Part shown: positions 53,200-64,000 of the stretch, one piece after another
How the letters are laid out: each line of letters opens with the position of its first letter
Position numbering within the stretch: the first letter of the stretch is position 1
Source of the DNA: Podarcis pityusensis
Taxonomy: Eukaryota
Assembly (NCBI GenBank): GCA_964106645.2
Contig: OZ067039.1
DNA: 64,000 bases
Direction: 5' to 3' (one strand)
Program-made: the position numbers and the translations under genes
Notes under the pieces: model-generated
Databases searched by the model: none
What the model was told of the DNA's origin: nothing
The model's input: the letters and a program-made list of their open reading frames with translations, nothing else

Positions 53200-55420
53200 A
53201 CCCGCTCGTGATCAACCGACGGCTGCCAAGAAACCCTTAATCTGATTTTAACATGTAGCCCAGTCCAAAGAGAGAGAGATCTGCAAAGTTGCTTATTTGT
53301 AGCAACTCAGACCCCCCCCTCCACTCCAGCGCGCGCGCGCGCGCGCTTCTCTCGCCCCCTCTCCAAAGCTGCAGGTATATAGCGAGCAGCCCGCATGACT
53401 CACGCGCACAAGAAATTAGAGCTCCCACCAGCAAATCTCTAGGACAGCGCGACGAGGGGGGGGGGGGGAATCCAGCACCCATTTATTCCAGTTGCCCCAC
53501 AGTCAAGCTGAACTGCTGCCAGTCCTGCCTTCATACATTGTAGAAAGGAGAGGAAAGCAACAGCCGCGCTTCCAGAGAGAACATGCCCGGAGGAAGAGGG
53601 GTGTGTGAATTAAATACACACTGGGAAGAATAACGGCTCTATTTACTGTCCCCGTCCATTGCAACCCAACCTCTCTCATCCTAACAACATCCAGGAGAAA
53701 AAGATAACCCCGAAGAGAGAATTGTAGGCAGATTCTTTATTTTTATTTTGCGGAGAGGGGAGGGAGGCTCTGCAGCTCCAACCGCGAGACGCTGCAAAAG
53801 CAAGGCAGCTCGCTTGTTATCTGGGGCAGCGGCAGAGCAGCGTGACCCACTAGTCCACGTGCGAGTGGTGCTGAAAAGTGTTCGGGCTACTCGAGTTTCT
53901 TCTGTTCATTCCCCAGCAATAAGCGGGGGTTGGGGGTGGGCTACCCGCAACTGAAGCTTCGCCGTAGGAACACACTACGTCTTCCTTCCGCCGGATCCTC
54001 TAAGTGCTGCATGGAGAGGAGCAGCACACGCCGGCCTCCAGGGCAGTCGGCTGCTTTTGCTACTCAGCCGGGGCTGTGCTCCGTCTGCACAAGCATGCAA
54101 GCTCCCTCCCCACGCTCCTCCATTCTGTCTGGTGTCTGGAGGAATCCCGGCTCATAGAGCCGCACAGATCCAGGCTCCGCGCCCTGGAATCTGTCAGAAC
54201 AGCCATACATCTAGCTCTCTTTCATTTTCCGCTGTCGGGGCATGAAGAGGAACAAGGAAGGGATCCGCTACAGAGAAATCAAAAGTCCTTACACACACGC
54301 ACTTCCCGCTCTCTGAAATATGCAAGGTGCCCCGTAGATCTAAGTAGACTATCATCATGCTTCTCCCGCCCGCCTCCCCACTCCTGTGCACGGCTGTTCT
54401 GTGGGGTCTTATGCCCCAGGCTTCCAAGTTGGGTCTGAGCGCGCGCGCGCGCACACACACCGGTTCCTCCCCGGAGCCCTAAATTCTATGCAGAGTGGAT
54501 GCGGCGTCCTTGTGAGCCCCAAACCCAAGTGCATGTCAGAACGGAAATCCTTGCGTTCCGAGCTCCCCGGTACATGACAGGTCTGGGTCCCGCGCCCCCC
54601 ATATTTCGTGGTGCATGACAGATCCGGGATCCATACCCCACCACCCCCGCGATTCCTCGACATGTAACAGATCTGAGTCCCATTTACACGGCATTTCCGG
54701 GGGGGGGGAGAGAGAGAGAGATGCCGGTGCACGGTGGCTCTGGGGTCCCTGCACGCCGAGACCCCAGTCTCCCTCCGTTCCAGACTCAGTTGTCCCCCGT
54801 CCCCGCCGTGCACAGGAGCCCCCGCGGCCCCTGTTCGGAGATTGCGAGAACCAGACGTGCCGGCCGGCCGGGAGTGCGCCTGGAGGAGGCTGGGCTGCAG
54901 CGCCCGGAGCCCGTACCTGGCTGTCGGTGAGATAGTTGAAGACGAAGGAGGAGAGCTCTTCGTCCAGAAGCGCGCTGCAGTCCGGCCCCGGCTCCGCCAT
55001 CTTCCAGCTCCTCCGGCAACGGCACGAAACAGCATGCGGCAACAGCCACCACGAGCAGCAGTCAGGAGCCAGCCGAGCCGGGCGGCGGGGCGGGGCCTGG
55101 AGCCCGCCGGTTGGGACTGGGAGGAGCCCCGGGCAGCGGGAGGCTCGGCTGGGTTGGGCTTCGGCGGAGGCGCGGCGCAGGAAGAGGAGGGGAGCGGCCG
55201 CCGCCGCCGCCGCTTTGGCGGGCTTCGTTCTGGGAGAGACGCCGAGGGGGAGGAAGGGTTCGCGCGGCCCGCGCTTTCCGGGCCCAGAGACGCGCGCGCA
55301 AGTGAGGCGGTGCGCTGAGCTCGCTTAAAAGGCTCGCCGCCCGCCGTGACCTGTATTAAGCATTAAGCAGCGAAGGCCTTTCCTTTTACATTTTGTTCGG
55401 TGGCGGGGGGCGGACTTCCA
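53200..55420. promoter_or_regulatory. CpG island / promoter and 5' UTR of PPARGC1B
   Basis: Sharp rise in GC and CpG content against a CpG-depleted background. GC box GGGGCGGGGC at 55087-55096, (CCG)n at about 55198-55212, and GCGC-rich NRF1-like motifs at about 55291-55300 and 55545-55554. Boundaries are approximate. Confidence 0.85.
54917..55000 (-). CDS. PPARGC1B: PPARG coactivator 1-beta (PGC-1beta), first coding exon (28 aa, phase 0)
   Basis: Minus strand reads GGAAG-ATG-G (strong Kozak), then [28 protein letters not shown], closely matching the PGC-1beta N-terminus as I recall it (human [26 protein letters not shown]). It ends in CAG|GTACGG (donor at 54916-54915) and lies in a CpG island. 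Confidence 0.95.
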
Positions 55421-56679
55421 TTTCTATATCCTTCTTCCCTCAGCCATCACTTCTAAAAGGAGACGTGGCGGGGCTTAAACCACGAATCATGCTACCTGAT
55501 CCGGAGCTTGTGGTGGTTACCTGTTGCTGGGGGGGGGCGGATTCTGCGCATGCTCCCCACCACCAAAGAAAACTCGCTCTCGCTTCTTACTGCTTCGTGT
55601 ATTCCAGAGTACAGCTGTAATTGGCACGGAGAGAAACTCGAGGAGGAGAACACCCCCCCCCCCTTTTACCTCAGTTTCCCCTTCAGGCTCATTCAGTGTG
55701 CGGCCTTTAAAGTGCTGCCCCTTCCCAAGGACTTCCTTTGGCATCCTCCCCCCCCTTTTTTTTACTTGACAGAAATAAGGGGGCAGAAATAATGCTATGC
55801 TGTATAACCACGTTAATGGCGCTTTGGCAGTTTGAGGTTCTTTTTCGTCAACATTTCCTTCACTTTGGCTGAACAGGTTGGCTCAGCATGCACATTCAAA
55901 TATTAAAGCCTTTGCTTGGTTCTTGCAACCCCTTGACAGCCCCCCCTCCAGATGAGGTAGTAATCCCCACCTACGCACCAGAGATGTGGGAGCTAAACCA
56001 GCCAATCTACTCTTCCCAGTGGAGGTTCGCGTCCCGCCGGCTCACTTGGCCAGGAACAAGCATCTGTTACTCAGGGTAAGTCAAAAGCAATCAGGTGTGA
56101 TATTAGCCGGCTTGCTGTGCGGTATGAACAGAAGAGCTCCATGTTCATGGGGAAATGGAACATTTGGGTAGACCTGCTGGGCACATTGTTCTCGAAGTTG
56201 ATGTGAAAGCTAAATCTGCAGGTAATGCTGCTCTACAGACTCTCCCATTACCTCAGCACAATGCCTTCTGCCCACCCACCCCACTTCCCGGCCCGCTAAC
56301 TCCTTTTGAAAGGCTTGCCGAGCTGACACATTGTGGTTCTTAGGTGTGAAATTTGCACAGCAGCTGTCATTCGCTCCTCTCAATCAATATGTTAGACAAG
56401 AACATGAAAAGAGAACACAATGGTCAAAGAGAGAGAGAAATCATACGTGCAGCTTTGAGCCAGCCAGCAGCCACTCCACTGAACGGTGCAAAACATGTAA
56501 TTTGAATGTCCTGGACCAGGGATAGACAGGTTTCAAGCTTGTCTGATAAGTTTTGTTTTGTTCTAGAACTCCAGGATCTATCAGCCAGAGCCAGGTGCAA
56601 AAGACATAGATTTAGAATTAAAAACAAACAACTGAGTGCCTCTAAACCTCACAGATTTGTTTACAGAACCAAAATTGAA

Positions 56680-57235
56680 CCAAGGCAACATGATAGACGT
56701 GGCTTGGAGAAAGTTGATAAAGAAAAGAAATCTGTCTCATAACATTAGAACTCATGGGCATCCAATGAAATTGAAAGTTGGGAGATTCAGGACAGACAAA
56801 AGCACATACAGGCAACAACCATTTTACACTTGTTTAGCAGGCATGCATCGCTGCAACCCAGAAGTGGCCGGGAAAGGGGGCAGGACGAGGTGGGCTTCCA
56901 CCCTCTCCACCAATATGCGGGGGTTGCCTGTAGTTGAACTTTAGAATTCACTCTGACTAAAGGCAGTGGTGGGTGGCCACCATGTTGGGCGATTTTAAAA
57001 GAGGATTAAACTTCATGGAGGTTAGCAGTGGCTCCCAACCCTAAAGGCTGTGTTCCATCTCTGCTGTTGGAAGCAGTATGCTTCTGAATACAGCTGCTGG
57101 AAACTGCAGGAGGCAAGAGTGCTCTTTCGCTTGGTGCTGCTTATGGGTTTTCCATAGGTGTCTGGTTGGCCACTGTGAGAACAGGATGCTGGACTAGGTG
57201 GGCCACTTGCCTCATGCATCTGACTCTTTTGCTCT
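56680..57235 (+). mobile_element. CR1 LINE 3' fragment
   Basis: Encodes the SHNIRTHGHPMKLKVGRFRTDK CR1 ORF2 C-terminal motif and ends with the CAGGATGCTGGACTAGGTGGGCCA tail. Confidence 0.85.
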
Positions 57236-57454
57236 CGCAGTCCTTTCATCCAAGTCCGTTCATATTTGTAGCCTAATTTAGGAGGAAAGGGTTTTTCCTT
57301 GCTCTTGGACAACTAAGAGTTGGAAACGCTTACTGATGTACAGCAAATCACTCAGAGATATAACAGGAGACCTGCATCTACCTTCTCCCCGGCCTTGTCC
57401 TATATGGCATTTCAGTAGCCTCAGAACTGAGCTATACTACTCAATGCTATATCA

Positions 57455-57800
57455 TTATTTATTTCTTATATTTTTCCCTTCCCTTCTCCCCATAGGAGCT
57501 AAGGGCAGCAAACAACAAAGTAGTAAACAACACCATTAAAAACAAAATAATAACCTGGTTTTTTTAAAAAAAAATACTAAAAACAATTTAAAATATTTTA
57601 AAAATAGTTGCATACCCTCTGAGCTAATACTTTTAAGGTTACTAGGAACAGTATTAGCCACAAAATGCTTGTGTGAAAAGGAATGTTTTAAAATTCTGCA
57701 GTAATGCTAACCATGAGGGAGGCAGATGCATCTGACCAGGGAAGGCATTCCACAAACAGGAAACCACCACTGAGAAGGCTCTGTCATGGGTCCTCATCAC
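57455..57800 (-). mobile_element. L2 LINE 3' end
   Basis: Minus strand RAFSVVVSCLWNAFP...FKTFLFTQAF is the L2 ORF2 C-terminus, followed by an AT-rich 3' UTR ending in AAATAAATAA. Confidence 0.8.
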
Positions 57801-58495
57801 CGTCCGGGCAGCTATGTGAACTAGCATAGGATAGCAGCTGAGAGACTTCAGCCGATTCAGATCTCTCTTTGACCAAGACCTCTCTAGGACTGCAATGCTA
57901 CACTCACTTAATCTGGAGATAGTCACATTTAAATTCTTGGGACTTCTTCCTGTTCTTACTCCCAGGTGCACCCAGCTTTATTCACTCTTTATTCCAGTGG
58001 CCCATAGGTCTTGTTTCCAGGCCAACCTACTAAGTATAGCAGCCAAGGAAGGGAAAGAATGCTGGCTCATATTTACTCCTGCACGAAAAAGTGGTGGTGG
58101 TAAAGGAGAATCCACCACAGGTACAGGAAAACATAATTAATTGAGCAGGTGTTTGTTTTTATTCCTGCTGCTATAAAATTACAAAGAGGAATTCAGAAGA
58201 ACTTGGTTGAATGCTTGGTAAGGATATATGCATATATATTCTTCCTGCTTTTACTAATGAAAAGGCTATTAAGTTAAATATACAGTCTTAAGGTCATTCT
58301 CCAAAAGAAGTCAAGTTTAGAAAATGTATTTTACTGGTTTAAAGTTTCTTGAAGAGCATAACTAGAAATGTGTGCATACTGAATTTATTTTCTTCTTTTA
58401 AATAATGAGTAACACATTTTTCTTTTCTTTCTTTCTGCACCCATGGACATTCTTTTCCCCTTTTTGTGCTTTTTTCTTTTTTCTTTTTGCATATA

Positions 58496-58726
58496 CAGTG
58501 GTACCTCGGGTTAAGTACTTAATTCGTTCCGGAGGCCCGTTCTTAACCTGAAACTGTTCTTAACCTGAAGCACCACTTTAGCTAATGGGGCCTCCATGCC
58601 ACCGGAGCACAATTTCTGTTCTCATCCTGAAGCAAGGTTCTTAACCCAAGGTAATATTTCTGGGTTAGCGGAGACTGTAACCTGAAGCGTATGTAACCTG
58701 AGGAGTATGTAGCCCGAGGTACCACT
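58496..58726. mobile_element. Tc1/mariner (Tigger-like) MITE
   Basis: TA + CAGTGGTACCTCGGG ... CCCGAGGTACCACT, with internal TAACCTGA repeats. Confidence 0.88.
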
Positions 58727-59728
58727 AGCACCAAATAGTAACATATCCAACCTTGTCGGGGAACAGCCACAATTTTGAACTTTTGCCTAACGTTGCTCTT
58801 CACCACTACCACCATTAAAGCCCTATGCTGCTTGTGTTTGCTGCTAAGGAGCGTGCTTCTTACTATTGGTTGTTCTGGAAAACTTTCCAAGACATCTCTC
58901 TAATTCCACTGACTCTGTTCATTGTACAGAGCAGTAAATAATGGGTAGGGCAATAAATGCTGACAGAGTTGGTCCTTAATTCTGAAGAGGCCAGATTTTA
59001 CAGCACCTTGGGCTAAGTTGGCAGTGAGCCAGAAGTCCAAAGCTTGCTCCTTGTTGACATATAAATGCACATAGTCATTAGACTTTATTTTACAGTATAC
59101 TGGGTTGTGTTGACAACCGCAGGAGACAGGGTTGCTAGATATTCTGTACACCTGAGCAGAATACATACTGAGCTAAATTGAAGAATGCAAAATAAGTAAA
59201 TAAAATAAAAATCTTTCTCTTTACATGGAGCTTTGTTTTACTGACTGGTTGCTCTTTGTAGTGCAGGGTATACTTTCATGTTTTATTGCACATAGATTAG
59301 ATGTTTCTTCTGAAAAAATTAACAATCAGACTGAAATCCTCTTTATGTCGTACCTGTTTGCTTATCCAAAGCAATTAAAAGGGAAAGGGCAGCTTTTGAC
59401 AATGCAGGCAGCTGAATAATTTAATTAGTCAATATATAATTGCTCTGAGCAGAAGCACATGCAAGCTAGATCCCCCTACAAGCCCATCAAACTGTCTATA
59501 TGATACTGACCTGCATAAAAGGATTATGCTGCTGAGAGATACGTAACTACTTGCATTGTGCTTAGGGTTTCTTCATGGGGTGTGTATTGAAGTTGCTTAT
59601 TGTCTAAGTCTAGTAACAATAGAATTGTGTCATTTATCTGCTCTGTCCTTGACTGTTTTAGGGCAGTCTCCAGTTGTTGTTTTTAGACTCTTTATAGACC
59701 ACATTTTAAAAACTCAGTCAGGCAATAG

Positions 59729-59890
59729 TTTTAGGATCAACCAAAATGTCACAAAATAGTAAGCAAGTTTTAAAAATTCTCCAGAACTCATCATCAGGTT
59801 GGAGATTAAAACAATCCAGCCTGATGGGGAGTTCTGCAGAACCCGAAAGCTTGCTCACTATTTTGTGGCTTACTTTGCTTGGCCCTAAAA
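59729..59890. mobile_element. Inverted pair of Penelope-like terminal sequences with degenerate hammerhead cores
   Basis: Arms 59729-59803 and 59815-59890 are reverse complementary. The right arm has CTGATG-GGGAGTTCTGCAGAACCC-GAAAGCTT. Confidence 0.6.
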
Positions 59891-60758
59891 AGAAACACTT
59901 AACAATGGGTTCTTCACTTCTTTTTCTAATAGAGTAACATGGCTTTCTTTACTTTTTGTGTTTTCTAAAATAATACAGGCATAACCTGTACATTATATTT
60001 CATTTTAATGTACTACTGTAGATCTACTGTTATGATCATAGGATTTTAAGGGAACTTCTTCTAGTCCAGTCCTCTGTTCTAAAGTAAAAACATATATACC
60101 ACATGTTAACATTCTGGTCTACAAATTAACCCAGGGTGCAATGCACCGCAGAGAGACCCACCATTTTTAATGGTTTAGTAAAACAATCCAGAGTGAGGTG
60201 TTCAACATGATATATGAGAAGACAATTAATCCACCTCGATGCCTAGATAATCTGATCCAATGGAAAATTCCTATGGTGATGAGAGGCAGCAGAAAGAAAA
60301 ACCCATTCACTAAGGCTACAGTCCTATACAGATGTGGATTTAAGCCCTGCTGACATTGAGACTTCTGAGTGGACTAATATATTACTGTAAATTACCAAAT
60401 AACTGACCACTTAATGAAAGATGGCCATGCCAAATATCTGCATCTCTGATCATGCAAAGTGCAGGGGAGAATCCTTTTAAATAGACCCTAGCTGAAGAAC
60501 CAAATTATGTGCTTTTCAAGACTCAGGTTAATTTTTCTGGAGGTGATCTTTGTCTAAACTTTTGAAAAGCAAAGTGGGTCTGCATGAACTTTCTGTCTCC
60601 ATAGGGCATGGGGAGAAGGCTGATCTGGGTCACAGAGGAGAGAAGTGACCAGTGGGTGATGCCCACTGTATTCACTCAAAAATTCAAATGTCCCCACGTG
60701 CACAAGAAGATCAACAACTTCTGCAATAAATGGTATTGCTCAGCATGATACCTTAGGG

Positions 60759-60892
60759 CAGTGTTTCTCAACCTTGGGCTGCCAGCTGTTTTTGGGACTA
60801 CATCTCCCATCATCCCTGATCACTGGCCCTGCTAGCTATGGATGATGGGAGTTGTAGTCCAAAAACAGCTGGAGGCCCAAGGTTGAGAAATG
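60759..60892. mobile_element. Palindromic hAT-type MITE (best-preserved copy)
   Basis: TTTCTCAACCTTGGGC..CCAGCTGTTTTTGG..GACTACATCTCCCATCATCC pairs with its reverse complement. Degenerate TSD CCTTAGGG/CCTTGAGG. Confidence 0.88.
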
Positions 60893-60900
60893 CCTTGAGG

Positions 60901-61096
60901 CATGGGTAGGCAAACTAAGGTCCGTGGGCAGGATCCGGCCCAATCGCCTTCTCAATCTAGCCTGCGGATGGTCCAGGAATCAGCGTGTTTTTACATGAGT
61001 AGAATTTGTCCTTTTATTTAAAAGGCATCTCTGGGTTATTTGTGGGGCCTTCCTGGTGTTCTTACATGAGTAGAATGTGTGCTTTTATTTAAAATG
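60901..61096 (+). mobile_element. OC1-like hAT MITE, 3'-truncated, with internal duplication
   Basis: High similarity to 12595-12745. The GTGTTTTTACATGAGTAGAAT..CTTTTATTTAAAA unit occurs twice. Confidence 0.88.
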
Positions 61097-61349
61097 TAAG
61101 AATGTCCGCAGAATCTGTTTCTCACTATGGTGACCTGAGGTGAGGCCATTTTGGCAGTAACCCTAAGCTTATAAACTCCTTTTCATGGGAGAGCTCCGCT
61201 ACTTTCTGCCTGGTTTTTAAATTGTTAGTTAATGTCAAAACTCAAGCAAACAGTTTCACAGAATTAAACAATTAGAGATAGTTTTAGGTTGAGCTGACCC
61301 TTCTTCCATAACGCAGTTTGTGGTTATTGCCGCAGGTGGTAGGTACACC

Positions 61350-61795
61350 TAGGGATGTGGGAGGAAATTGATTCACTTTGCAATTCAATGTGAACCTACC
61401 TAATTCACACTTTCTGAAATGACACATAAACTGGAAACACAGCCATCCCAATACATTCACACTTATTTGAATTTTTCAGTGAAGTTATCCATCCAAGTAA
61501 TGTGTACAGAAATGCATATGCTAGGGTAGAGTGTGCATATAAATGTATATATTAATTAAAATAATGCACAAAAACACATTATATTATGAAAACTGCTTTG
61601 CAAAAGTATGTCAATGAGGCAAAATTGCATACAAAAAAAATATATATTAGGAGAAATTTGCATTAGCAGGCTGGTTGATTTTTTGTGAGGACTTTTTAAA
61701 AATTTCCAAGTGTGTGGAGAAGTGTGGGGAACTGAATTTGAGATTGAAAAAAATGAGAAATTGAGGAAGCAAACTGGTACATCCTCCACCCCCTA
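61350..61795. mobile_element. Non-autonomous hAT (TAGGG-ended) element
   Basis: Ends TAGGGATGTGGGAG / CTCCACCCCCTA, 8-bp TSD GGTACACC/CTTACACC (6/8), and an AT-rich interior. Confidence 0.65.
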
Positions 61796-62680
61796 CTTAC
61801 ACCCCTGATAGTCTGTTTTTCTTAGATACAGAGGACGCTATCCCATCACTAGTGTTCAAGCAAGATTAAACTGCCAATCTTCATTTGTATATGGAACAGG
61901 GAAGGCTACTTTGTCCTTTGCCTCAGGCAACAAAATGTCTTGGGCAGCCTTGTCTTCAGCAAACCATACTTGAGCTTTGGATATGTTTTTTGCTGTTCAT
62001 ATTTGTTGTACTAAACATCTTTTCATGATTGCTTTAATTTGTATTCTTAGAATTAAATTGTATAACCTTTAGGGCCAAAAGGAAAAGTTAAAATATTACA
62101 ATAAATATTTTTTGGTCACCATACCGAACCACGATCCCACTGTCGACAAAGCCCATACGCTGCCAAATTTCTCTAGACTTCACATGCAGAAATATGACAA
62201 AACAAGCCCTTTCATTAATAATATGGAATGGTTTGATTTTTCTCTTTCTATTTTTGTTCTAGCCAAAAACAAGGAGGAAGAGAGAAGCCTTTATAAGCCA
62301 CATTACTATTGTGGTAATACTGTCTGCTCTGTGGGCCAAACACAAAAGGCTTAGGAGTTGTAAATGGCTCATAAAACTGAAGTTCACTGTGGCCACATAT
62401 ATAAGCAGTGGGGGGAAAGCTGAGAAGAATGCTCCCAAAGGACTGTACCCAGCTACTGAGCTTCTCTGCTGTTATTTTTACCCTGAACTAAAAATGTGCA
62501 AGGTGCTTTAAAGGAAATGTAATCATTGGCCAAAAAAATAAAATAACATAATGTTCTTCAACAGCAGAAGGACGGGATTGTTTTCCAAAACAGTTGTAAT
62601 CTAGAAAAGAGCAATAGTATTTGACAGCCAGATAGTGCTCTGGAGGCCATAATCAACCATCACTATACTTCATTCAGGTA

Positions 62681-63046
62681 CAGTGGTGCCCCGCAAGACG
62701 AATGCCTCGCAAGACGGAAAACCCGCTAGACGAAAGGGTTTTCCGTTTTTGAGTTGCTTCGCAGGACGAATTTCCCTATGGGCTTGCTTCGCAAGACGAA
62801 AATGTCTTGCGAGTCTAGAGATTTTTTTTTCGCTTTCCCCCCCCTTTATCTAATCTGCTAAGCCTTTAATAGCCTTTAATAGCCTTAGAGCAGCTAATCC
62901 CCTAAGCCTTTAAGCCTTTAATAGCCGCTAAACCGCTAATAGCGCTAATCCGTTAAGCCGCTAATAGGGTTGCTTCGCAAGACGAAAAAACCGCTAGACG
63001 AAGACTCTCGCGGAACGGATTAATTTCGTCTTGCGAGGCACCACTG
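62681..63046. mobile_element. Young Tc1/mariner (Tigger-like) MITE
   Basis: TIRs CAGTGGTGCCCCGCAAGACGAA / TTCGTCTTGCGAGGCACCACTG, TA TSD on both sides, retained CpGs, and internal CGCAAGACG and TAATAGCC repeats. Confidence 0.93.
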
Positions 63047-64000
63047 TAGCACAAGTGTGAAATATATTGTACATTAAAGGAGGAAAAGCCAGTGCTCAGA
63101 GAAAAGGTTGTCAGGTTACCGTATACCCTGAAAATCATCCATATATCTTTTAAATCTCATGATGCAGCAAGAGTCAAGGCTAGGTTTTCCCACATGTTTC
63201 CTCCCCATGTCTTAGTCAGTGTGTTTAATCCACATGTTTTTCCCCACTTCAGATATCAGAAGAGTGATCAGGGCTGGAAACTTGCGGAAGAGGTTAATCC
63301 TTTCCCCATGCACAATGCTCCTATTGAAAATCTGCCCCCTGCCCCACCTAATTTATTTTCCATTTTCTTTCTGAATCATCTTGTTACTTTTGCTAACTGG
63401 CCTTTCTAGGGAAATTAATTTGAATTTATCTATCTTAAACTCCCTGAACTGGGTAGGTGAGGACAGAGATTTCAGTTAGGAGACAGGAGAATGATACGTA
63501 GTTATTTCATGTATAATTGCACAATTACCTTTTTAATTGCTTCCTTGCCACAACTCATTGAAATGTGAGCAGCAAGAAGCACCTGATTATTATCAACCCT
63601 TTGTTTCACAGCTTTATGTAACTTGCAAAAATGTTCAGACTGATTTCAGAAATTTACTGGGAAGATGCTTTGGGTTGTTGTTTTTAAAAAAATTCTTTTA
63701 AATTAAATTGCATTTCAGGCTAAGGATTGTGCAAAACTCAGAGAATTAAGGTGGTGGGCTTGGTGTGTGGCTATGAGAGGAATTCAATGTTGCACTATTA
63801 CGATTGTTCCATCAACACAAGCATTTCTGCAGGCCACACAGAACAATTTCACCTCCCTCTCCCACTGTGGTTTTTCCTGAACCTCCCAAGCATATTTGGG
63901 AAGGTGCAGGGGGAGGAGAGGGAGGGAGGGCAGTTGCTCTCAGGACTCATTGGATTGACTCATTGGACTCTCACAGGACTCATTGCACTCACCAGTGCAG

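Larger units (their letters stand above)
1..54916 (-). other. PPARGC1B: PPARGC1B intron 1 (continues beyond the left edge; more than 54.9 kb)
   Basis: Begins at the GT donor after exon 1. No sequence encoding the expected exon 2 peptide (FPELDLSQLDASDFD-like) was found by eye. The region is repeat-rich. Contiguity across the gap at 23296-23495 is assumed. Confidence 0.8.

Noticed and set aside
54573-54681. CRISPR-like repeat-spacer pattern or any prokaryotic system
   Set aside because: The DNA is vertebrate, the repeats are few and divergent, and there are no cas or other prokaryotic genes.
54004-55328. Many overlapping long ORFs in the CpG island
   Set aside because: GC-rich, stop-poor sequence. 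Only 54917-55000 matches a known protein, and reading past the donor is intronic.

Overview
Vertebrate (squamate, very likely lacertid lizard such as Podarcis) genomic DNA, judged from Sauria/Squam SINEs, Bov-B, CR1, L2, Penelope relics and many DNA-transposon MITEs. The only securely identified gene is PPARGC1B (PGC-1beta) on the minus strand. Coding exon 1 (54917-55000, [28 protein letters not shown], phase-0 GT donor) lies in a CpG island. Positions 1-54916 are intron 1 (exon 2 was not found in the window), and about 55400-64000 is upstream intergenic DNA. There is a 200-N assembly gap at 23296-23495. Nearly all listed ORFs are spurious. The most interesting candidates are: (1) a 75-nt, frame-preserving cryptic exon in intron 1 with strong splice sites, which would add an LXXLL (LQHLL) nuclear-receptor box and whose 3' end also looks like a recursive splice site; (2) an out-of-frame upstream ATG overlapping the main start; (3) a near-perfect 71-nt pre-miRNA-sized hairpin inside a Tc2-like MITE, in the same intron that hosts miR-378a in mammals; (4) a duplicated 94-bp octamer/E-box/forkhead module; (5) inverted Penelope-type hammerhead relics; (6) a decayed ERV gag. 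All are hypotheses from reading the sequence; no searches were run.
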